A stretch of DNA of 64,000 nucleotides from Nitrosopumilus sp. (GTDB lineage: Archaea > Thermoproteota > Nitrososphaeria > Nitrososphaerales > Nitrosopumilaceae): NCBI GenBank assembly GCA_965223425.1, contig OZ245003.1, positions 96,001-160,000 of the forward strand, read 5' to 3'. The translations under genes were made by a program, and so were the position numbers. Shown here piece after piece: positions 19,477 through 30,844 of the stretch. Numbering within the stretch: position 1 is the first letter of the stretch; every line of letters starts with the position of its first letter. Below the pieces are notes generated by a model. That model was given only the letters and a program-made list of their open reading frames with translations, was not told the origin of the DNA and did no database searches.

Positions 19477-21219
19477 ATGGCTGAGGAAGATTTATCGCAG
19501 ATTTCTGTAGGCGAGTTTGAAACCGTTTCGCAGCTTTTAGCGTCATCTGAGTCACTTCAAATTGCATTTTTTGTAATGATTGTGGGCGTAATTGGAATTG
19601 TTATTGGTTATAGAAAATTTTCATCTTGGGTAGGTTCACAGAAATTTTATTATCAAAAACCACATTGTTCCAGGTTTGTACGGAGAGCTGTTCTTCCATT
19701 TTTTGCAATTGCGTTAATTACTGCAATCAACGTTCACATACAAACTGGTGTTTTGTTAGGAGAGAACCTGTCAATAATGGCAGATAATCATGTATCACCT
19801 CAAGAGACATTTGCAAAGATTCTCAATACTTTTAATATTTTGGTGATTGGTTATACGGTTTCTCATCTTGTTCCAATCGGTCTTACTAAACGTGAGAAGT
19901 CCACCTTGGAAAGAGAGGATTTTGATGCTTGGTTTGAAATGAGGGGGTTTGTCGATGATAAAGACGATCTATTTCATAAATTGTACAAATGGGTTCCACC
20001 AAAGATGATTCCAGAAGATTTTGAGGAGGAAAAGTTCAAGGAAATGCTCAAGACAAGAGAAGGAATGCTGCAGTTGGAACAGTTTCGTACAACAAAAGGA
20101 AATCCAATTGGCGGATATGAAAAATTAGTTGGTAAACCATTTGAAGAATGGAAAAAATCAGAGCGTGTAAAGTATCAGAAATACTTTGAAAACTGCGTTA
20201 CTGGCAATAATCAGTCTGGAAGAAAATTAAAAGCAGGTGCAAAACCTGATGAGATATTTCCAATTGATGTATGGAGGGAGGAAAAAAGAGTGCATGGATA
20301 TGAACCGATAATTCCAAGCTCCCGTCCTTCAGGATACGCAAAAAAGAAAAGAGAAGGAATTCCAAAGTCTGCAAAACAAATTCTTCCAGTGGGAATTTTT
20401 ATTGCAACAGTTTTGGGAGTTGTTGCATGGTGGGGAGTGGACTTGATTGTACTTGCTACAGCTACTGGAGGGTTGGCAATTGGATTAGGTTTAGCATTAC
20501 AAGAAACCATGCAAAATTATTTTGCGTATATCTTCATTCGAAAGGACAAGGTGTTTGGGGAAGGTGATCGTGTAAAACTCGATACGGGATATAATGGCTA
20601 CGTACACAAAATTACGCCTAGAGTGACCTATGTTAGAGATGCATTAAACGAGTCAATGGCAGTGATTCCTACAAGACAGTTAGTTAATGCTCAGGTGGTT
20701 AATTATACAAAGGGAGTAAAGATGGTACCTGCTATTGTAGATGTAGGTGTTTCTTATCTTAATGATCCTAAACAAGTTTCAGCAATTCTTGTAAAAGTTG
20801 GAAAACGTGCAATGAAAGAAGTTGTCGATGGCAAAGGCAGACACCTTATTAGACAAACACGATGTCCGTATTTAAAAAACAACCAACCAAGTTGTGGTTG
20901 TGATAAAGATATTCATGTTGATATAAATCAGCCAGTTGTGAGATTCAACCAATTTAATGACTCCTCATTGAATTTTTCATTATGGGTTTACGTTAGAGAT
21001 TACGGTGCACAATTCAAAACTAAAACAGACATGAGAATAATCATGTATGAAGAGTTCAAGAGATATGATATCAGAATCCCATGGCCAATTAGAACGGTAT
21101 ACCAAGGAGATGAAAAACGCGAACAGGAAGAGATCGACAAGCTAAGGAAGCAGAGAGACGGGGTTATTGATGAATACGGCGTAGGCGATCTTGGCCGTGG
21201 TAGTAATGAAGATGAATGA
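19477..21219 (+). CDS. MscS-family mechanosensitive channel
   Basis: TM helices, GLGLALQETMQNYFA, GDRV, IRIPWP. Confidence 0.9.
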   Translation: MAEEDLSQISVGEFETVSQLLASSESLQIAFFVMIVGVIGIVIGYRKFSSWVGSQKFYYQKPHCSRFVRRAVLPFFAIALITAINVHIQTGVLLGENLSIMADNHVSPQETFAKILNTFNILVIGYTVSHLVPIGLTKREKSTLEREDFDAWFEMRGFVDDKDDLFHKLYKWVPPKMIPEDFEEEKFKEMLKTREGMLQLEQFRTTKGNPIGGYEKLVGKPFEEWKKSERVKYQKYFENCVTGNNQSGRKLKAGAKPDEIFPIDVWREEKRVHGYEPIIPSSRPSGYAKKKREGIPKSAKQILPVGIFIATVLGVVAWWGVDLIVLATATGGLAIGLGLALQETMQNYFAYIFIRKDKVFGEGDRVKLDTGYNGYVHKITPRVTYVRDALNESMAVIPTRQLVNAQVVNYTKGVKMVPAIVDVGVSYLNDPKQVSAILVKVGKRAMKEVVDGKGRHLIRQTRCPYLKNNQPSCGCDKDIHVDINQPVVRFNQFNDSSLNFSLWVYVRDYGAQFKTKTDMRIIMYEEFKRYDIRIPWPIRTVYQGDEKREQEEIDKLRKQRDGVIDEYGVGDLGRGSNEDE

Positions 21220-21261
21220 TCTTCTCAAAACTTAAGAATCCCATTAAATCACATTTTCTTA

Positions 21262-22137
21262 TTGAATAAACTATCAGTAATTGCCGGAAAATCTTCAGAA
21301 GACTTGGCAAGAAAGTTGTCTGGAAAGATAAAAGCAAATCTTATAAAATCACAAGTTAGAATTTTTGCCGATGGAGAAAGTAAGATTACGCTTAGCGGAG
21401 ATCTATCCAAAAGAAAAACCATTGTTGTACAGTCGATTTATCCCCCTGTTGATACCAATCTGGTTCAAGCATTATCATTAATTTCAAAAGCCAAGGAAAA
21501 ATCATCCGAGGTAATTGCAGTGATTCCATACATGGGATATGCAAGACAAGATAGAGAATTTTTACCAGGAGAGATTGTTACAATGAAAGTTCTTGGCAAA
21601 TTGTTTAAAGGAGCAGGCGCATCAAAAATTATCGCAGTCGATATTCACAGCATTATTGGACTCAAACACTTTGCTATAAAAACAAAAAATGTAACTGCAA
21701 TTCCAGACTTGGTAAAACATTTCAAAAAATTGAGCCTAAGAAATCCTTTGGCGGTCTCCCCTGATCAGGGTGGAAAAGATAGAGCAAGAGAATTTGCAAA
21801 AGAATTTGATTCAGAATACATTGCTTTAGAGAAAAAAAGAGACAGAAAAACAGGTAAAGTGAAAATTAAAACAAAAAATACAGATGTCGTTAATAGGGAT
21901 CTTATTTTAGTTGATGACATGATAAGTACGGGAGGAAGCATAATCAAGGCAACACAGTTTCTTAAAAAACAAAAATGTAAGAGGGTCTATGTTGCATGTA
22001 CACATGCTCTTTTAATGAATAATGCTGAAAAGAAAATAAGAAAAGCAGGAGTTACAAGTATTGTTACTGCAAATACAATTCCCGGTAAAACATCAATAGT
22101 AGATGTTTCTAGTACAATTGCAAAGGCAATAGTGTAA
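21262..22137 (+). CDS. prs: Ribose-phosphate pyrophosphokinase
   Basis: FADGE, PYMGYARQD, VDDMISTGGS. Confidence 0.95.
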   Translation: MNKLSVIAGKSSEDLARKLSGKIKANLIKSQVRIFADGESKITLSGDLSKRKTIVVQSIYPPVDTNLVQALSLISKAKEKSSEVIAVIPYMGYARQDREFLPGEIVTMKVLGKLFKGAGASKIIAVDIHSIIGLKHFAIKTKNVTAIPDLVKHFKKLSLRNPLAVSPDQGGKDRAREFAKEFDSEYIALEKKRDRKTGKVKIKTKNTDVVNRDLILVDDMISTGGSIIKATQFLKKQKCKRVYVACTHALLMNNAEKKIRKAGVTSIVTANTIPGKTSIVDVSSTIAKAIV

Positions 22138-23084
22138 TGCCAGAAAGTTTTTTTATTTTATCTAAAGATTATCTGGAACTTGCAAGTAATGAGATAGCTT
22201 CCATAGCAAAAATGTATGATAAATTTGCTAAAATTAAAATAATTTCTAATTTGATAATTATTCAATCAAAAACAAGTTGGATTAAAATTGCTAAACGTGC
22301 ATCATTTGTCAAGGTTTCCGGACAAATATTACGAAAGATGTCAGGATTGTTTTTAGACGAAGATAATTTTAAGGTATTAAAAAATGCTAAAACATTTAGC
22401 TGTAGAATAATTAATCTATCATCAAAGGAATTCAATGTTCCAGAATTAGAAAATTCTATGGGAGACATGATATCAAAATTCTCTCATGCAAAAGTAAGAT
22501 TAGATGATCCTGACATCACTGTATATCTAATCTTTACTGATAAGGAGAGTTTTTTTGGATTTTCAAAACGAATTAAAAAAGAAGATAGGCCAAAAAAGAT
22601 CAAAAATCATCCTCATGAACTAGATTGGAAACTAACTAGACTCATGATAAATTTGACTGGGTTAAAAGAAGGAGAGACCGTATGTGATCCATTTTGTGGT
22701 ACTGGCACTACTCTGCTAGAGGCCGAATCTATGGGAATTCATGGGATTGGCTTTGATTTTGATGAAAAAATGTACAACATTTCAAAAGAAAATCTCAAGG
22801 CAAATGGGTATAAATCAAAGATTTTCAAGTCAGATTTCCAAGAATTATCTAAAATCTCTGGAAAATTTGATGGAGTTGTCACGGATTTGCCATATGGAAG
22901 AGCGTCAAAATCGTCAGAAAAACCCGAAGAGATACTGAAGAAGTTTTTCTCAATCATGCCCAGACATAAGAGAATGGCAATTATGTACAAAAAAGAATTT
23001 GATAGAAATTTGAAGCTAGATGGATTAAAGAAATACAAAATCTATAGGCATAAAAGCTTGACTAGGACAATTTTGATTAAATGA
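22137..23084 (+). CDS. THUMP/Trm11-like tRNA methyltransferase
   Basis: DPFCGTGT and TDLPYG motifs. Confidence 0.85.
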   Translation: MPESFFILSKDYLELASNEIASIAKMYDKFAKIKIISNLIIIQSKTSWIKIAKRASFVKVSGQILRKMSGLFLDEDNFKVLKNAKTFSCRIINLSSKEFNVPELENSMGDMISKFSHAKVRLDDPDITVYLIFTDKESFFGFSKRIKKEDRPKKIKNHPHELDWKLTRLMINLTGLKEGETVCDPFCGTGTTLLEAESMGIHGIGFDFDEKMYNISKENLKANGYKSKIFKSDFQELSKISGKFDGVVTDLPYGRASKSSEKPEEILKKFFSIMPRHKRMAIMYKKEFDRNLKLDGLKKYKIYRHKSLTRTILIK

Positions 23085-23980
23085 AACTTGTATTCTTAGG
23101 AACATCAGCAGCACAACCAACTGAGAGTAGGGGGTTATCGTGTATTTGTTTAGAAAGAGAGGGAGAAATTATGATGTTTGATGCAGGTGAGGCTGCACAG
23201 ATTTCCTACATGAAATCAGGTTTGGGATGGAATAAAAAGATGAAAATTTTTGTTTCACATCTTCATGGAGATCATTGTTTAGGAATTCTTGGATTATTAC
23301 AAACAATGTCAATGCAAAATAGAACTGAGAGCATAGAAATCTTCGGTCCAAGTGGAATTGATGAATTTATTGCGGCAAATATAAAAATATTAAATTTTGG
23401 ATTATCATTTTCTGTTTTAATTAATATCATAAAAGAAGGAAAAATATTTGAAGACGAAAAATTTTCAATACATGCATGTAAAGCTAGCCACTCAGTCACA
23501 TCATTTTCATATAGGTTTGAAGAGAAAGATAAGCCTGGACGATTTAATGTTGAAAAAGCTAAAGAATTAGGCATACCAGAAGGAGAATTATGGAATAGAT
23601 TACAGAACGGAAAAGAAATTATCATTAATGCAGAAACAATAAAACCAGAACAAGTATTAGGAGAAAAACGTTCAGGAAAAAAAATAGGAATTTCAGGCGA
23701 TACAATGCCAACAAAAGAATTAGAAGAATTTTTTGCCGGGTGTGATTTTCTTGTATTTGATTCAACATTTCTTGAAAAAGAAAAAGAAAAAGCACAAGAT
23801 GCATATCATTCTACTGCAAAACAAGCTGCAACTTTAGGAAAAAATGCAAATGTAAAAAATTTAGTTCTGACACATTTTTCAGCTAGATACAAAGATGAGA
23901 CTGAGCATTTGAAGGAAGCACAGCAGATTCATAATTCGGTAATAGCTGCAAAAGATCTATTAGAAATAGAAATCAAATGA
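23081..23980 (+). CDS. rnz: Ribonuclease Z
   Basis: FLGTSA, SHLHGDH, SGDT, HFSARY. Confidence 0.95.
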   Translation: MKLVFLGTSAAQPTESRGLSCICLEREGEIMMFDAGEAAQISYMKSGLGWNKKMKIFVSHLHGDHCLGILGLLQTMSMQNRTESIEIFGPSGIDEFIAANIKILNFGLSFSVLINIIKEGKIFEDEKFSIHACKASHSVTSFSYRFEEKDKPGRFNVEKAKELGIPEGELWNRLQNGKEIIINAETIKPEQVLGEKRSGKKIGISGDTMPTKELEEFFAGCDFLVFDSTFLEKEKEKAQDAYHSTAKQAATLGKNANVKNLVLTHFSARYKDETEHLKEAQQIHNSVIAAKDLLEIEIK

Positions 23981-24705
23981 AAATGTTTGAATCAATTAAA
24001 GATAAAATAAAAGATGTCAGAAAAATTGTGTTTGTGACGGGAGCTGGAATTTCACAAGAGAGTGGAATTCCCACATTTAGAGGAAAAGATGGATTATGGA
24101 GAAATTACGACGCAATGAAATTGGCAACTATTGATGCTTTTTACAGCAATCCAGAACTGGTATGGGAATGGTACAATGAGAGACGAAAAAATATCTTTTC
24201 AGCAGAACCAAATCTTGGTCACAAGGCTATTGCTGAACTTGAAAAATATGCCCAGATTGTGGTTTTGACGCAGAATATTGATGGACTTCATCAACAAGCT
24301 GGTAGTTCAAAGGTGTTGGAATTGCATGGAAGTATAGTGAAAATCAGGTGTACAGTGTGCGATTTTAAAGATGAGACAATGACTGAATTTTCTAAAATCC
24401 CACCTCTATGTAAGTGTGGAAATATACTTAGGCCAGATGTAGTCTGGTTTGGAGAACCATTACCACAAGATGTATGGCAAGAATCTATAGTTTTTGCAAG
24501 TCAATGTGATTTGATGGTAATTGCTGGTACATCTCTTGTTGTATCACCTGCAAATACACTACCAATTTATGCAAAACAAAATAATGCAATTTTGATTGAA
24601 GTGAATCCAGATAACACTGAGATGTCATCAGAGATGAATTTAGTTATAAGAGATACTAGTGCAGCAGTATTACCTGAATTTGTTTCAATGTTTAGAGAAA
24701 ATTAA
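23977..24705 (+). CDS. cobB: NAD-dependent protein deacylase (sirtuin)
   Basis: [36 protein letters not shown]. Confidence 0.95.
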   Translation: MKMFESIKDKIKDVRKIVFVTGAGISQESGIPTFRGKDGLWRNYDAMKLATIDAFYSNPELVWEWYNERRKNIFSAEPNLGHKAIAELEKYAQIVVLTQNIDGLHQQAGSSKVLELHGSIVKIRCTVCDFKDETMTEFSKIPPLCKCGNILRPDVVWFGEPLPQDVWQESIVFASQCDLMVIAGTSLVVSPANTLPIYAKQNNAILIEVNPDNTEMSSEMNLVIRDTSAAVLPEFVSMFREN

Positions 24706-24938
24706 ATTATGATTGTAGAAATACGCCATTAATGTTTGTATCAGAAGCATCTCCAAGATTATGCACTGGGGATGTAATTGCACCATAATCTTCATGATCA
24801 GCAGTCATATCCATAAAATAAGGAAACGTGTGCAGCATCATTTACGGTAGCTTCAAACATTGAAGAGTAAAATGTGCCTGAAAAAAGTTCTTTTTGCCCG
24901 GTTAAGTACAACTTGAACGCTTGGTTTTTTGACTGGAA

Positions 24939-25295
24939 TCAGAATCCTGTAAAAATATTTTTAATTGATTCAATAGGATCAAAATTCGAAATTTCTTCAG
25001 TAATAGTTTGTTGAGATGATTCTTTTATTTCAGATATTTCATTATAGATCTTATTTCCAGTTTCACTAATTTCATTAGTTACAGCATTGCTTGTATTGTC
25101 CGTTATTTTATCAATTGATTCATCTATTCGTTGTTCAACAGAATCTGATGCTTTAGCACTAAAATTGGTTACATCCTCCTTTAAAGAGTCAATTACAGTA
25201 CCAGAAGTGTTAGGAAACAAAGTATCGATTTCATTTGAGAATATCATTCCTCCCAAGATCACAATGCCTGCAATTATGCCTAATTTTATGAACAT
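24939..25295 (-). CDS. Hypothetical membrane-anchored protein
   Basis: N-terminal TM helix followed by acidic amphipathic helices. Confidence 0.7.
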   Translation of the reverse strand: MFIKLGIIAGIVILGGMIFSNEIDTLFPNTSGTVIDSLKEDVTNFSAKASDSVEQRIDESIDKITDNTSNAVTNEISETGNKIYNEISEIKESSQQTITEEISNFDPIESIKNIFTGF

Positions 25296-25369
25296 CTAGT
25301 AATAATTCTAAAAAATGAATTTTAGATTCAAACTTAAAAAAATACTCAAAGATGATTGAATTTTCTTAG

Positions 25370-25786
25370 CTAAGTTTCATACTCTTTAGATGTCATCCAG
25401 TCAATAATTCTATCAATTTTTGATGAGGTAAGAACCACCTTAATTGGTCCTAAAGGAGATTCATCTGCATTTTCACAAATTGCTATTTTTTCAACAAAAG
25501 CAGCTTGTTTGTTTAGATAAAACCAAGTAGTATTATTTTCTAAATTTTGTTCAAGATTACGCCTATAGATTTTTTGAGATTTTCTTGCATGAATTGTTTC
25601 ATAAATTTTTTCAGAGGATTTCAAATCTTTGGATTGTCCATTAATTGAAAAACTTTCGGTGGCAATAGTTGAGTATGGAAAAATATTTGAGATAGCTTTT
25701 TTTATTTTGTCTGAATCTTCAGAAGACTTTACTGAGCTGAACATCTCTATTTTGCAGTCAATGTTTGGGATATTCATTCTATCCAA
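25370..25786 (-). CDS. DUF54/UPF0201 RNA-binding protein
   Basis: SEDSDKIKKAISNIFP...FYLNKQAAF...PLGPI. Confidence 0.85.
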   Translation of the reverse strand: MDRMNIPNIDCKIEMFSSVKSSEDSDKIKKAISNIFPYSTIATESFSINGQSKDLKSSEKIYETIHARKSQKIYRRNLEQNLENNTTWFYLNKQAAFVEKIAICENADESPLGPIKVVLTSSKIDRIIDWMTSKEYET

Positions 25787-26322
25787 CTTTGAATAATTTG
25801 AAATGCTGATTCAACAAGTTCATCTTTTGTTAAACCGGTATTAGATATTGCATCATCAGATAGTGCAATTGGATTACTAATTCCAACACCTAATTCACGA
25901 CTATCTCTTTCTACGAAATGATCTTTTGTTTGAGGATCATCTGATCGTCCTCGTTTTTGTAAGAAATCAAATCTAGTATCTGTTGATGCATGAATAGCAA
26001 GTAATTTTACATTATCAAATTTTCTAAGTACTTGTATCTCATCAATTGATCTTATTCCATCAACTAAGATCACGTTAGCTGAAGATGATTCTATTTTTGG
26101 TTTAATTAGTTCTGCAACAGCACCAAGACCATTTTTTTCTCTAAGTTCTAGCATTAATTTTCCAAGATTTGATCTTGATGGTTCTAAGTTCTGTTTTGTT
26201 GCCTCCTCCCTAACAGCATTTCCCATATTGATTACATCATATCCTTTTGATTTGAGTCCGTCAGCAATTGTAGATTTTCCAGCTCCAGGCATGCCTGTTA
26301 GGCATACAATTAGTTTTGTCAA
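25774..26322 (-). CDS. UPF0200 P-loop nucleotide kinase-like protein
   Basis: TGMPGAGKST, DGIRS, RGRSDD. Confidence 0.88.
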   Translation of the reverse strand: MTKLIVCLTGMPGAGKSTIADGLKSKGYDVINMGNAVREEATKQNLEPSRSNLGKLMLELREKNGLGAVAELIKPKIESSSANVILVDGIRSIDEIQVLRKFDNVKLLAIHASTDTRFDFLQKRGRSDDPQTKDHFVERDSRELGVGISNPIALSDDAISNTGLTKDELVESAFQIIQSWIE

Positions 26323-26393
26323 TACATATCAAAAAAAAGTCTGCTCTATGAAGCTACCGGAAATTATTATAAAGATGCACCAAAGAATGTTAT

Positions 26394-26936
26394 ATGCGAA
26401 CTTTTGTGGCAGTTGAAATCTCAAATAGTAATGTAATTAATTCCATAAGAAAATTTCAGGATGAAATAAACATTAGTGTAAAACCAGTAGAATCCAGAAA
26501 CTTTCATTTTACACTACAATTCTTAGGCGAGATCTCGGATGAAATTGCCCAAAAAATCATTCAGGCGCTTCGTACAATTGAGTTTTCAAGCTTTGCTGTT
26601 TATTTGAAAGGGGTTGGTGCATTTCCCAAGGCAAAATTTCCTAGAGTCGTTTGGGTTGGAACAGACGATGAAGGGGGCAATATGCTTGCTCAGTTATCAA
26701 AAAGGGTTGAAAAAGCATTAGAGCCATTGGGGGTTTTTTCAGACAAGCCATTTAAACCTCATATCACAGTATTTAGAATTAAAAAGAAGATAGGAGACAT
26801 AACAAAAGAATTGGATAAGCAACAAACTGTAGATTTTGGAAAACAAGAAGTTACTAAAATAAAATTTAAAAAAAGTGAACTTACACCAAATGGACCAATA
26901 TATTCTGACTTGGAGGAAATTGATGCAATAAAATGA
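26394..26936 (+). CDS. thpR: RNA 2',3'-cyclic phosphodiesterase
   Basis: Two HxT motifs (HFTL, HITV). Confidence 0.92.
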   Translation: MRTFVAVEISNSNVINSIRKFQDEINISVKPVESRNFHFTLQFLGEISDEIAQKIIQALRTIEFSSFAVYLKGVGAFPKAKFPRVVWVGTDDEGGNMLAQLSKRVEKALEPLGVFSDKPFKPHITVFRIKKKIGDITKELDKQQTVDFGKQEVTKIKFKKSELTPNGPIYSDLEEIDAIK

Positions 26937-28264
26937 AAGATATTATTTCTAAAGTTACCAAAACTGTCATTCCATCAAAAACAGTGGAAAAATCAAAAAA
27001 ACATATTGCTGAATCTGCATTTAAGCTAGTTGAAAAAGAAGTTAAAAAATTTCCAGAAGTAATAGGATTGGAATTTGGCGGTTCATTTGCAAAAGGAACT
27101 TGGTTATCAAAAGATGCAGATGTAGATATTTTTCTTAGGTTCAAGAAATCAACATCAGAAGAAAAATTTGAAAAAATTTCAAGAGAGATCGGTTTCAAAT
27201 CACTAAAAAAACACAAGCCCTATGTGAGATATTCAGAACATCCCTATGTTGAGGCTAAAATCAAGGATACTATGATCAATATAGTTCCATTTTATGATGT
27301 AAAAATTGGCAATTGGAAAAGCTCTGCAGATAGATCTACATTTCATACAAAATTTATGAAAAAATCACTAACATCAGAAATGAAAAATGAAGTTAGAATT
27401 CTGAAAACATTTCTTAAGGCAAATGGAGTCTATGGAGCAGAAATTGCAAAACAAGGTTTTAGTGGTTATGTCTCAGAAGTACTAGTCTTACATTTTGGAA
27501 GTTTTGAAAAAGTAATTAAATCAATATCAGAAATTAAGGAAAAGAAAATCATTGGAGACACTTCAAAGAAATTTGAAACTTCAGTAGTAATCATAGATCC
27601 TGTCGATAAGAATAGGAATTTAGCTGCAGCAATTTCTGATGAAAATCTAGGAAAGTTTATTCTATCATCTATAGCATTTAAAGAAAAACCTAGCCTAGGA
27701 TTTTTCAAGAATAAAAAATCCAGAATATCAGAGGAATATTCAGAAAATTTGTTGGTAGTAAAATTTGAATTTAAAATTAGAAGTCCGGATATAATTTGGG
27801 GACAGATTAAGAGAGTCACTTCATCATTGTCTACCCAGTTAGAGTTAGGAGGGTTTAATGTGCTACGAAGCAAGTCTCATACAGACCAACAAAAAGAAGC
27901 CTATCTCTTTTTCTTATTGGAATCTATAAAAATTCCTAGCATACATCAAAAAAATGGACCAGAGTTTTTCAGAGAAAATAGTTCCAAGAGGTTTATTTCT
28001 AAAAATCTGAAAGATTTAGAATTGATGTGGATTGGAAACAATAAAAAAATAATTTCGTTAGAAAAGAGAAAACATGCAGATGCTGCCAAATTCATGACAG
28101 AATTTTTGAAGAATAATATTCAGACAGGCATGCCAAAAGGTCTTTTGAATGATTTCAAACGAGGTTTCAAAGTTTCGGTGGGAGACAAAAATTTAAGCAA
28201 ATCAATTAAAGAGGCTGCAGATGAATTGATTTCAACAGATGGTACACTCCTTTATTTCAATTAA
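26933..28264 (+). CDS. cca: CCA-adding enzyme (class I)
   Basis: GSFAKGTWL..DADVDIF, YSEHPY, GFSGY, DPVD.NRN. Confidence 0.95.
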   Translation: MKDIISKVTKTVIPSKTVEKSKKHIAESAFKLVEKEVKKFPEVIGLEFGGSFAKGTWLSKDADVDIFLRFKKSTSEEKFEKISREIGFKSLKKHKPYVRYSEHPYVEAKIKDTMINIVPFYDVKIGNWKSSADRSTFHTKFMKKSLTSEMKNEVRILKTFLKANGVYGAEIAKQGFSGYVSEVLVLHFGSFEKVIKSISEIKEKKIIGDTSKKFETSVVIIDPVDKNRNLAAAISDENLGKFILSSIAFKEKPSLGFFKNKKSRISEEYSENLLVVKFEFKIRSPDIIWGQIKRVTSSLSTQLELGGFNVLRSKSHTDQQKEAYLFFLLESIKIPSIHQKNGPEFFRENSSKRFISKNLKDLELMWIGNNKKIISLEKRKHADAAKFMTEFLKNNIQTGMPKGLLNDFKRGFKVSVGDKNLSKSIKEAADELISTDGTLLYFN

Positions 28265-29000
28265 AAAATTTACTAAAGAACCATACTCAGAAATCCTTGG
28301 ATATCCAAAAGCTACTACTCGCCAAATAAAATCACGAATTAACGAATTAGAAAAATTGAAGATCAAGTCAATTTCACTAACAGGTTCTACTACGATTGGA
28401 AAGCTGGTAATTTTAGGAAAAGGATACGTTGGAGTTGTAGTTTTAGCAAAAAAAGGTAGCAAGCAAGTTGCATTAAAAATTAGAAGAACAGATTCGCAAA
28501 GAAAAGAAATGAAAAATGAAGCAACTTTGTTAAAATTGGTAAATTCAGTTAATGTTGGACCAAAGATGTTTCTTGCCAGTAAAAATTTTCTAGTTATGGA
28601 ATACATTGAAGGAGAAAAAATCATGGATTGGATACATGTGTTGAAAGGAACAGGTAGTGCTAAAAAATTAAAATCTACAATTAAAAGCATCTTAGAAGAT
28701 TGTTATAGATTAGACCAAATTGGATTTGATCACGGTGAGTTGAGCAATATTTCAAAGCATGTCATTGTAGGAAAAACAAAATCCACTATAATTGATTTTG
28801 AAAGCTCTAGTACTAAGAGAAGGCCATCAAATGTAACATCAGTTACTCAAGCAATTTTTATTGGATCAGGTATTGCAAAAAAAGTTCAGAAAATTTACAA
28901 AAATCCATCTAAGAAGAAGATCATAGGTGCATTAAAACAGTACAAACAAGAAAAAACACAAGAAAATTTTGATAATCTATTGAGGATCCTAAAAATATAG
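28239..29000 (+). CDS. Archaeal Ser/Thr protein kinase
   Basis: LGKGYVGVV, ALKIRR, HGEL, IIDFES. Confidence 0.88.
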   Translation: MVHSFISIKKFTKEPYSEILGYPKATTRQIKSRINELEKLKIKSISLTGSTTIGKLVILGKGYVGVVVLAKKGSKQVALKIRRTDSQRKEMKNEATLLKLVNSVNVGPKMFLASKNFLVMEYIEGEKIMDWIHVLKGTGSAKKLKSTIKSILEDCYRLDQIGFDHGELSNISKHVIVGKTKSTIIDFESSSTKRRPSNVTSVTQAIFIGSGIAKKVQKIYKNPSKKKIIGALKQYKQEKTQENFDNLLRILKI

Positions 29001-29191
29001 TGGAACCGGTAGGATTTTGTATTATATGAAAATTGGTTCTGTAACAAATTGGGGACATGAATGTGATTCGTGGTTCCGGTAAATTCCAACAATCTGATCA
29101 CCAAAATCTTCCGGAACCGCAAAGTTCAATGCGCCTGTTGCCGCAACCTTGCATTGAGATCATCATCTTTATATGAAATTTTTATATTAAA

Positions 29192-30118
29192 ATGGGAATG
29201 GTGGACAGTTATATTATTCCGATATTAGTTGGACTGGCAGTGTTGGCTGTCGCATTTGTGGCATTTGGGAATGGCAACGAGTCCCAGAAAGTGATGACTG
29301 TCAGCAGTGATGGCGAGTACTGCAAAGTGTCCGGTTCCAGCTATGACTACTACACTTATGGCTGGTGGAAAAGAACGCACACTGTTGCAGTAATGCCGCC
29401 TCCACCATATGCCGATTCAAGTATTGCCCTTGATTCTGTGGAGATGGCAATCAAGTCATGGGAAGACATCAATCCCGAACTGGACTTTGAAATTGTTGAC
29501 GGTGAGGCAGACGTGAGAATAGAGTGGGAGAGTTCGCTGGGTTCAGACAGGATAGGTGAATATAAACCCCCATCTGGATTTGGATGTGAATGTACCGGGA
29601 ATAATTACGAATGCGTTCTGCCAACATCAACAATCCGTGTGGAGCTGGGCAATACTGACTGCAGGGGCCGATACAGTCTTTATTCAGAAGATACTTTGAC
29701 GGACACGGTAGCGCATGAAATGGGACACTATAACGGCCTTAATCACACCGATAATCCAGATCACCTGATGTTCGGAGATTCTGATCCTGATTATCCGGCC
29801 GTTCCGCACGACATGTTTGAGACGCTCGGTCTGTCGATTCCTGCACAAATAGCCGGTGCGACTTATTTTTTGGACCAGGAAGGGATCCAGCATGAGATGG
29901 ACAGGCTCGACACAAAGCTGGATGATCTTAACTCAGAGTACGACAAACTTTTGGCAAAATATGAAGTGTATCCTGATGTGATATCAGACGATAGAAAATA
30001 TGCCGAGGCGATGCAGATCTATGCCGACATTGAGGATCTCGGCGGCCGAATCAATGTATTGGGGGACAAATACAACCGGTATGTGGATGAGTACAACTGC
30101 TTTTCAGAACACAGGTAG
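29192..30118 (+). CDS. Matrixin-like zinc metallopeptidase, membrane-anchored
   Basis: HEMGHYNGLNH (HExxHxxGxxH) with Met-turn; N-terminal TM helix; C-terminal coiled coil. Confidence 0.88.
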   Translation: MGMVDSYIIPILVGLAVLAVAFVAFGNGNESQKVMTVSSDGEYCKVSGSSYDYYTYGWWKRTHTVAVMPPPPYADSSIALDSVEMAIKSWEDINPELDFEIVDGEADVRIEWESSLGSDRIGEYKPPSGFGCECTGNNYECVLPTSTIRVELGNTDCRGRYSLYSEDTLTDTVAHEMGHYNGLNHTDNPDHLMFGDSDPDYPAVPHDMFETLGLSIPAQIAGATYFLDQEGIQHEMDRLDTKLDDLNSEYDKLLAKYEVYPDVISDDRKYAEAMQIYADIEDLGGRINVLGDKYNRYVDEYNCFSEHR

Positions 30119-30844
30119 GCCTCGGTCTTTGAACCTGCCCACAGGCTCTTGCATGTGCAACAGATGATGACCCGCATGACAAAAAATCCCGTTCGGCTAA
30201 ACAAGTTAAGGCCTAGCGGAGAATGACGTTTTTTGTAGATGCGTCAAAGTTTCCAAGTCTGTCTGATGCCTCAAACTTTACAATTACGGCATCGCCGCCT
30301 GACGGCGGCTCATCGCCAAGACAGCCGTATCCGAGAAATCCGGTGCCGTAGTCAACATACTAAATAATCGCTCAGCTTGACGGGAAATATCACGTTCTTC
30401 CTGATCATCTTGCGGATTGACTTTACCATCTCGCGCGTGTTGTCGTATACCCTGTTGCCGATCGCGTCCCTCATCACGTTCCACTGCGGCTCCTCCGAGT
30501 TCAGTTCCGGCGTGTGCGGCAGATAGTACCTCAGCTTCACCTCCCCGTTGAACTCCATGAGCCCGTCCCGCACGGCAGCCGACCTGTGCCACGACGCGTT
30601 GTCCACGAACACAAGCACCGGCCCGAACCTGCGGTGCAGGTGCCTCAGGAATGCGAGGAACGCTTCGCTGTTCTGCGCGTCACAGAATCTGAAGCAGAGC
30701 TCGCCGTCGCCCAGCGCGCCGAACACATGCTTCTTCTTTCTGGAGAGCGTGACTGGCGCCGTCCTCTTTGTGCCGCGGAGCTGCCACCCGTATCGGGGCC
30801 TCCTGTCCCCTATCGTCAGGGTGCATTCGTCGGCAGTCAGGACG

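Noticed and set aside
24706-24938. Gene remnants in short intergenic gaps (also 35134-35330, 55502-55629, 58440-58665)
   Set aside because: They look coding-like but are too short and degraded to assign.
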